From Desulfobulbus propionicus DSM 2032 (GTDB lineage: Bacteria > Desulfobacterota > Desulfobulbia > Desulfobulbales > Desulfobulbaceae): a DNA stretch of 32,000 nucleotides. Shown piece after piece: positions 28,991 through 32,000 of this stretch. Position numbers and translations under genes: made by a program. Location: contig NC_014972.1 in the NCBI RefSeq assembly GCF_000186885.1, forward strand, positions 60,001 to 92,000, read 5' to 3'. Below the pieces are notes generated by a model. It saw only the letters and a program-made list of their open reading frames with translations, had not been told where the DNA came from and made no database searches. Position 1 is the stretch's first letter. Each line of letters starts with the position of its first letter.

Positions 28991-29067
28991 GCCGCGAGGG
29001 CCGGGCAGTGCGGCGCGGCCATGGGGACCGCTGGCCGACTTCAACTCATTTCAACACGGTAGCAAAA

Positions 29068-30366
29068 ATGTACTGGGAACCGGAACGAGAATGCATGGCA
29101 CGAGAAGACCTGGAACAGCTTCAGTTGGAGCGATTGCAGGCAACACTGTATCGGGTGGGAACCCATGTCCCCTTCTATAAGAAGAAATTCGAGCAGCTCA
29201 AGTTCAATTACGACGACATCCGATCGCTGGAGGATGTGCGGCGGTTGCCGTTCACCGAGAAACAGGATCTGCGCGACAACTATCCCTACGGCCTGTTCGC
29301 CGTGCCCCTGCGCGATGTCGTCCGGGTTCATTCCTCGTCCGGCACCTCGGGCCAGGCCACCGTGGTCGGATACACGCGCAACGACATCCGGACCTGGTCG
29401 AATTTGGTGGCACGGATCATCACTGCCGCCGGAGTGACCAAGAACGATGTCATCCAGATAGCGTTTGGCTACGGGTTGTTCACCGGTGGTTTTGGCCTCC
29501 ATTACGGTGCCGAGCTGATCGGTGCCTCGGTCATTCCGATCTCGGCCGGCAACACCAAACGTCAGATCCAGATCATGCAGGATTTCAAGACCACCGCCTT
29601 GGTCTGCACCCCGTCCTATGCGTTGGTGCTGGCGGACACGATGATGGAGATGGGCATCAACCCCAACGGCCTGTCGCTGCGGTATGGGCTGTTCGGCGGC
29701 GAACCCTGGTCGGAGGCCATGCGCCAGGAAATTCATCAGAAACTCGGTATCGTCGCCACCGACAACTACGGCCTGTCCGAGGTCATGGGCCCGGGCGTGG
29801 CGGGCGAGTGCCTTGAGTGCAGAGGGCTCCACATCAACGAGGATCACTTCCTCCTGGAGATCCTCGATCCGGCCACCCTGGAGCCGGTACCCGAGGGGGA
29901 AGTCGGTGAACTGGTGATCACCACCCTCACCAAGGAGGCCTTTCCGATGGTTCGCTACCGGACCCGCGACCTGACCCGGTTCATCCCCGGAACCTGTGCC
30001 TGCGGTCGCACCATGAAGCGGATGGAGCGGGTGATGGGCCGCAGCGATGACATGCTGATCATCAAGGGGGTCAACGTGTTCCCCATGCAGATCGAGAAGG
30101 TGCTGTTCGAGGTCGAGGGCACCGAGCCCCATTACCAGATCCTTGTCGAGCGGGAAAACCATGCCGACAAGATCACCGTATTGGTCGAGGTGGTGGAATC
30201 GATCTTCTTCGACGAGATGAAGAAACAGCGGATGGTGATCGACCGGATCAAAAGCCGGCTGGCGTCGGAAGTGGGGATCAGTGTCGAGGTCAAACTGGTG
30301 GAGGAGAAAACGCTAGAGCGTTCGGAGGGCAAGGCCAAGCGGGTTATCGATCGCAGAAAATTGTAA
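29068..30366 (+). CDS. paaK: phenylacetate-CoA ligase family protein (copy 2)
   Basis: [88 protein letters not shown]. Start may be ATG 29068 or 29095. Confidence 0.94.
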   Translation: MYWEPERECMAREDLEQLQLERLQATLYRVGTHVPFYKKKFEQLKFNYDDIRSLEDVRRLPFTEKQDLRDNYPYGLFAVPLRDVVRVHSSSGTSGQATVVGYTRNDIRTWSNLVARIITAAGVTKNDVIQIAFGYGLFTGGFGLHYGAELIGASVIPISAGNTKRQIQIMQDFKTTALVCTPSYALVLADTMMEMGINPNGLSLRYGLFGGEPWSEAMRQEIHQKLGIVATDNYGLSEVMGPGVAGECLECRGLHINEDHFLLEILDPATLEPVPEGEVGELVITTLTKEAFPMVRYRTRDLTRFIPGTCACGRTMKRMERVMGRSDDMLIIKGVNVFPMQIEKVLFEVEGTEPHYQILVERENHADKITVLVEVVESIFFDEMKKQRMVIDRIKSRLASEVGISVEVKLVEEKTLERSEGKAKRVIDRRKL

Positions 30367-30590
30367 AAAATGGCCGGTGGCCGTGAAAAGAGTGGACACC
30401 GAGCCAAAAAGGGTGATTAGCTGTAACCAGTAGTGAATAAACGCATTCCTGCCCGATGGACGCAGAGGCCTGTTCGTGGGCGCTTCTGTTTGCCATCAGG
30501 CGACCCGTGGCGTCATGGCCCAGATGGGATGACCTTCCCGATCGAAGCCTGCCGCCTTCTGTTTTCTCAATCACCGTAAAGGAGAAGTGT

Positions 30591-31319
30591 ATGAAGTTGC
30601 ATGTTGTTGGTCTGATGGTCCTGCTGGTGGCAGCGAGGACAGTTTGTGCGGCCGATCAACCGATGGAGTTGAAAAACGACGAACAGAAGCTGAGTTATGC
30701 CATGGGCCTTGATCTTGGGGAGTACTTCAAGGGGCTGGAGGATAAATTTGATTTGCAGGCCCTCAACCAAGGCATTGTCGACAGCTACAATGGCAACAAA
30801 CCGTTGCTCAGTGCCGCCGATGCGGCCGCGATTCAGCAGAATTTCGCCAAAAAGCAACAGGAGAAGCAGATCCAGAAGACCGTGGCCATGGTGCAGAAAA
30901 ACCGCAAGGCCGCCGAGGAGTTTCTCAAGGCAAACAAGGGCAAGGAAGGGGTGACCGAAACCAAGTCCGGGTTGCAGTACAAGGTGGTGAAAAAAGGGCA
31001 GGGCGCCAAGCCGGCGCCGACCGACATGGTCAAGGTGCAATACAAGGGCACGCTGATCGACGGCAAGGAATTCGACAGTTCCTACAAGCGCAATGAGCCG
31101 GCGGAGTTTCAAGTGAATCAGGTGATCGCCGGCTGGCAGGAAGCCCTACCGCTGATGGAAGTCGGGTCCACCTATGAATTGTATATCCCACCGGACCTTG
31201 CGTACGGCGACCGCGGCGCTCCTCCGGTGATCGAGCCTGGCTCCATGCTGATTTTCCAGGTCGAGCTGCTCGAGATCCTGCAGCCGGCAAAAGAGAAAGA
31301 AAAGGAGAAAAAGGAATAA
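30591..31319 (+). CDS. FKBP-type peptidyl-prolyl cis-trans isomerase, secreted (FkpA/Mip-like)
   Basis: Signal peptide MKLHVVGLMVLLVAARTVCA; FKBP-N domain; VKVQYKGTLIDGKEFDSSYKRNEPAEFQVNQVIAGWQEALPLMEVGSTYELYIPPDLAYGDRGAPPVIEPGSMLIFQVELLEI. Confidence 0.95.
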   Translation: MKLHVVGLMVLLVAARTVCAADQPMELKNDEQKLSYAMGLDLGEYFKGLEDKFDLQALNQGIVDSYNGNKPLLSAADAAAIQQNFAKKQQEKQIQKTVAMVQKNRKAAEEFLKANKGKEGVTETKSGLQYKVVKKGQGAKPAPTDMVKVQYKGTLIDGKEFDSSYKRNEPAEFQVNQVIAGWQEALPLMEVGSTYELYIPPDLAYGDRGAPPVIEPGSMLIFQVELLEILQPAKEKEKEKKE

Positions 31320-31432
31320 CCCCCTTTGCAACCCGTGACGTCAACCCTATCGTTCATGCATGCGGCATGATATGCACCTGGAACCTCGATCAGGAATGAA
31401 TGTGTTGTTGGCCACTGCGCAGGAGGCGGACC

Positions 31433-31594
31433 ATGGGGAAAGACAAGAAGAAAAAAAAAGACAAATGCTGCGGGGCCTACTTGAAGAAAGGCAAGATGTG
31501 CAGCAATTGTCCTTTGCAGGATAAAGAAAAGAAAAAATCGAAGGAAAAGAAAAAGAAAAAGAAGGACAAGAAGAAAAAAGACAAGAAAAAGTAA
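31433..31594 (+). CDS. lysine-rich cysteine-containing micropeptide
   Basis: ATG 31433 preceded by AGGAGG; 53 aa MGKDKKKKKDKCCGAYLKKGKMCSNCPLQDKEKKKSKEKKKKKKDKKKKDKKK. Confidence 0.6.
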   Translation: MGKDKKKKKDKCCGAYLKKGKMCSNCPLQDKEKKKSKEKKKKKKDKKKKDKKK

Positions 31595-31631
31595 AAAGTA
31601 GGTTCGTCTTTTTCCCCTTCCCTGGAGCCAG

Positions 31632-31667
31632 GCCGGCCATCGCATCGCGATGGCCGGCTTTTTTTTT
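31632..31667 (+). terminator. rho-independent terminator
   Basis: GCCGGCCATCG-CATCG-CGATGGCCGGC followed by TTTTTTTTT, downstream of the FKBP/micropeptide genes. Confidence 0.92.
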
Positions 31668-32000
31668 ATCCCTGAAGAGGAGCCGCTGCCTCCGGTTGCG
31701 GGCGTTGCGGGGTGGCAAGCAGCCCTTCGAGCAGGACAAATCGACCCAGCGGGTGAACCTGGCAGGGAAAGCTGGCCACAAACAGGGGATTGTCGCACAG
31801 CCCTCCAGAGAGATAAAGCTCCTGGGGTTCCTGGGCAAAACGGTAGGCGTTGAGGGCGATGCCGCGGACAAACTGGGCGACTGCGGTGGCCTCCGGCACG
31901 CCGGACACCACCGCGTCGAAGATGTGGCTCATGCCAAGCACTCCGCAGGTGATGGAAAAGCCGGTGGAAGGGACCGGCAGGGCCGCGTAATCAAGCTGGT
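31666..32000 (-). CDS. partial CDS, possibly BadF/BadG/BcrA/BcrD-type (2-hydroxyacyl-CoA dehydratase activator-like) protein C-terminus
   Basis: Minus-strand frame is open to the right edge: ...LDYAALPVPSTGFSITCGVLGMSHIFDAVVSGVPEATAVAQFVRGIALNAYRFAQEPQELYLSGGLCDNPLFV...; the LSGGLCDNPLFV segment resembles the activator-family TGGVA.N motif. Family assignment tentative. Confidence 0.5.
   Translation of the reverse strand, partial: QLDYAALPVPSTGFSITCGVLGMSHIFDAVVSGVPEATAVAQFVRGIALNAYRFAQEPQELYLSGGLCDNPLFVASFPCQVHPLGRFVLLEGLLATPQRPQPEAAAPLQG

Noticed and set aside
27302-29044. 580-aa minus-strand ORF opposite livM-livG-livF
   Set aside because: Shadow of a GC-rich coding strand; the plus strand has unambiguous livG/livF motifs and the antisense translation is low-complexity and motif-free.
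29041-30162. 373-aa minus-strand ORF
   Set aside because: Antisense to PaaK copy 2; no recognisable motifs.
31172-31798. 208-aa Phe/Leu-rich minus-strand ORF resembling a membrane protein
   Set aside because: The FFLLFLFLF run is simply the complement of the lysine-codon-rich tract of the micropeptide, and the ORF spans a strong terminator.

Overview
This 32 kb window looks like a GC-rich chromosomal segment from an anaerobic, possibly sulfate-reducer-like bacterium (inference from gene content). Mostly housekeeping genes are interrupted by one small accessory, surface-glycan-like region. Order: 3' end of a 2-oxoacid:ferredoxin oxidoreductase beta subunit; Na+/Ca2+ antiporter; MltB-type lytic transglycosylase; a minus-strand trio (SGNH-like protein -> sulfotransferase -> group-1 glycosyltransferase) whose first gene is split by an IS5-like insertion; membrane-anchored hypothetical; M48/Ste24 protease; SprT-like/DUF2786 protein; speA; thpR-like phosphoesterase; PEP-CTERM protein; tRNA-Cys(GCA); rnc; radical SAM protein; ABC-F ATPase; anchored hypothetical; then a co-directional aryl/branched-chain acid cluster (iorA-iorB-paaK-ACT-livKHMGF-paaK); secreted FKBP PPIase; a 53-aa lysine-rich Cys micropeptide; and a partial minus-strand gene at the right edge. 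I see no CRISPR array, reverse transcriptase or recognisable defence system. The best leads are: (1) an IS insertion whose computational removal restores one continuous 261-aa SGNH-like ORF in frame; (2) a PEP-CTERM protein with a Cys...GQLAIW pattern suggestive of an internal thioester domain; (3) the lysine-rich CC-x9-CxxC micropeptide; (4) the IOR/PaaK/ACT/Liv cluster. None is demonstrated to be a new system.
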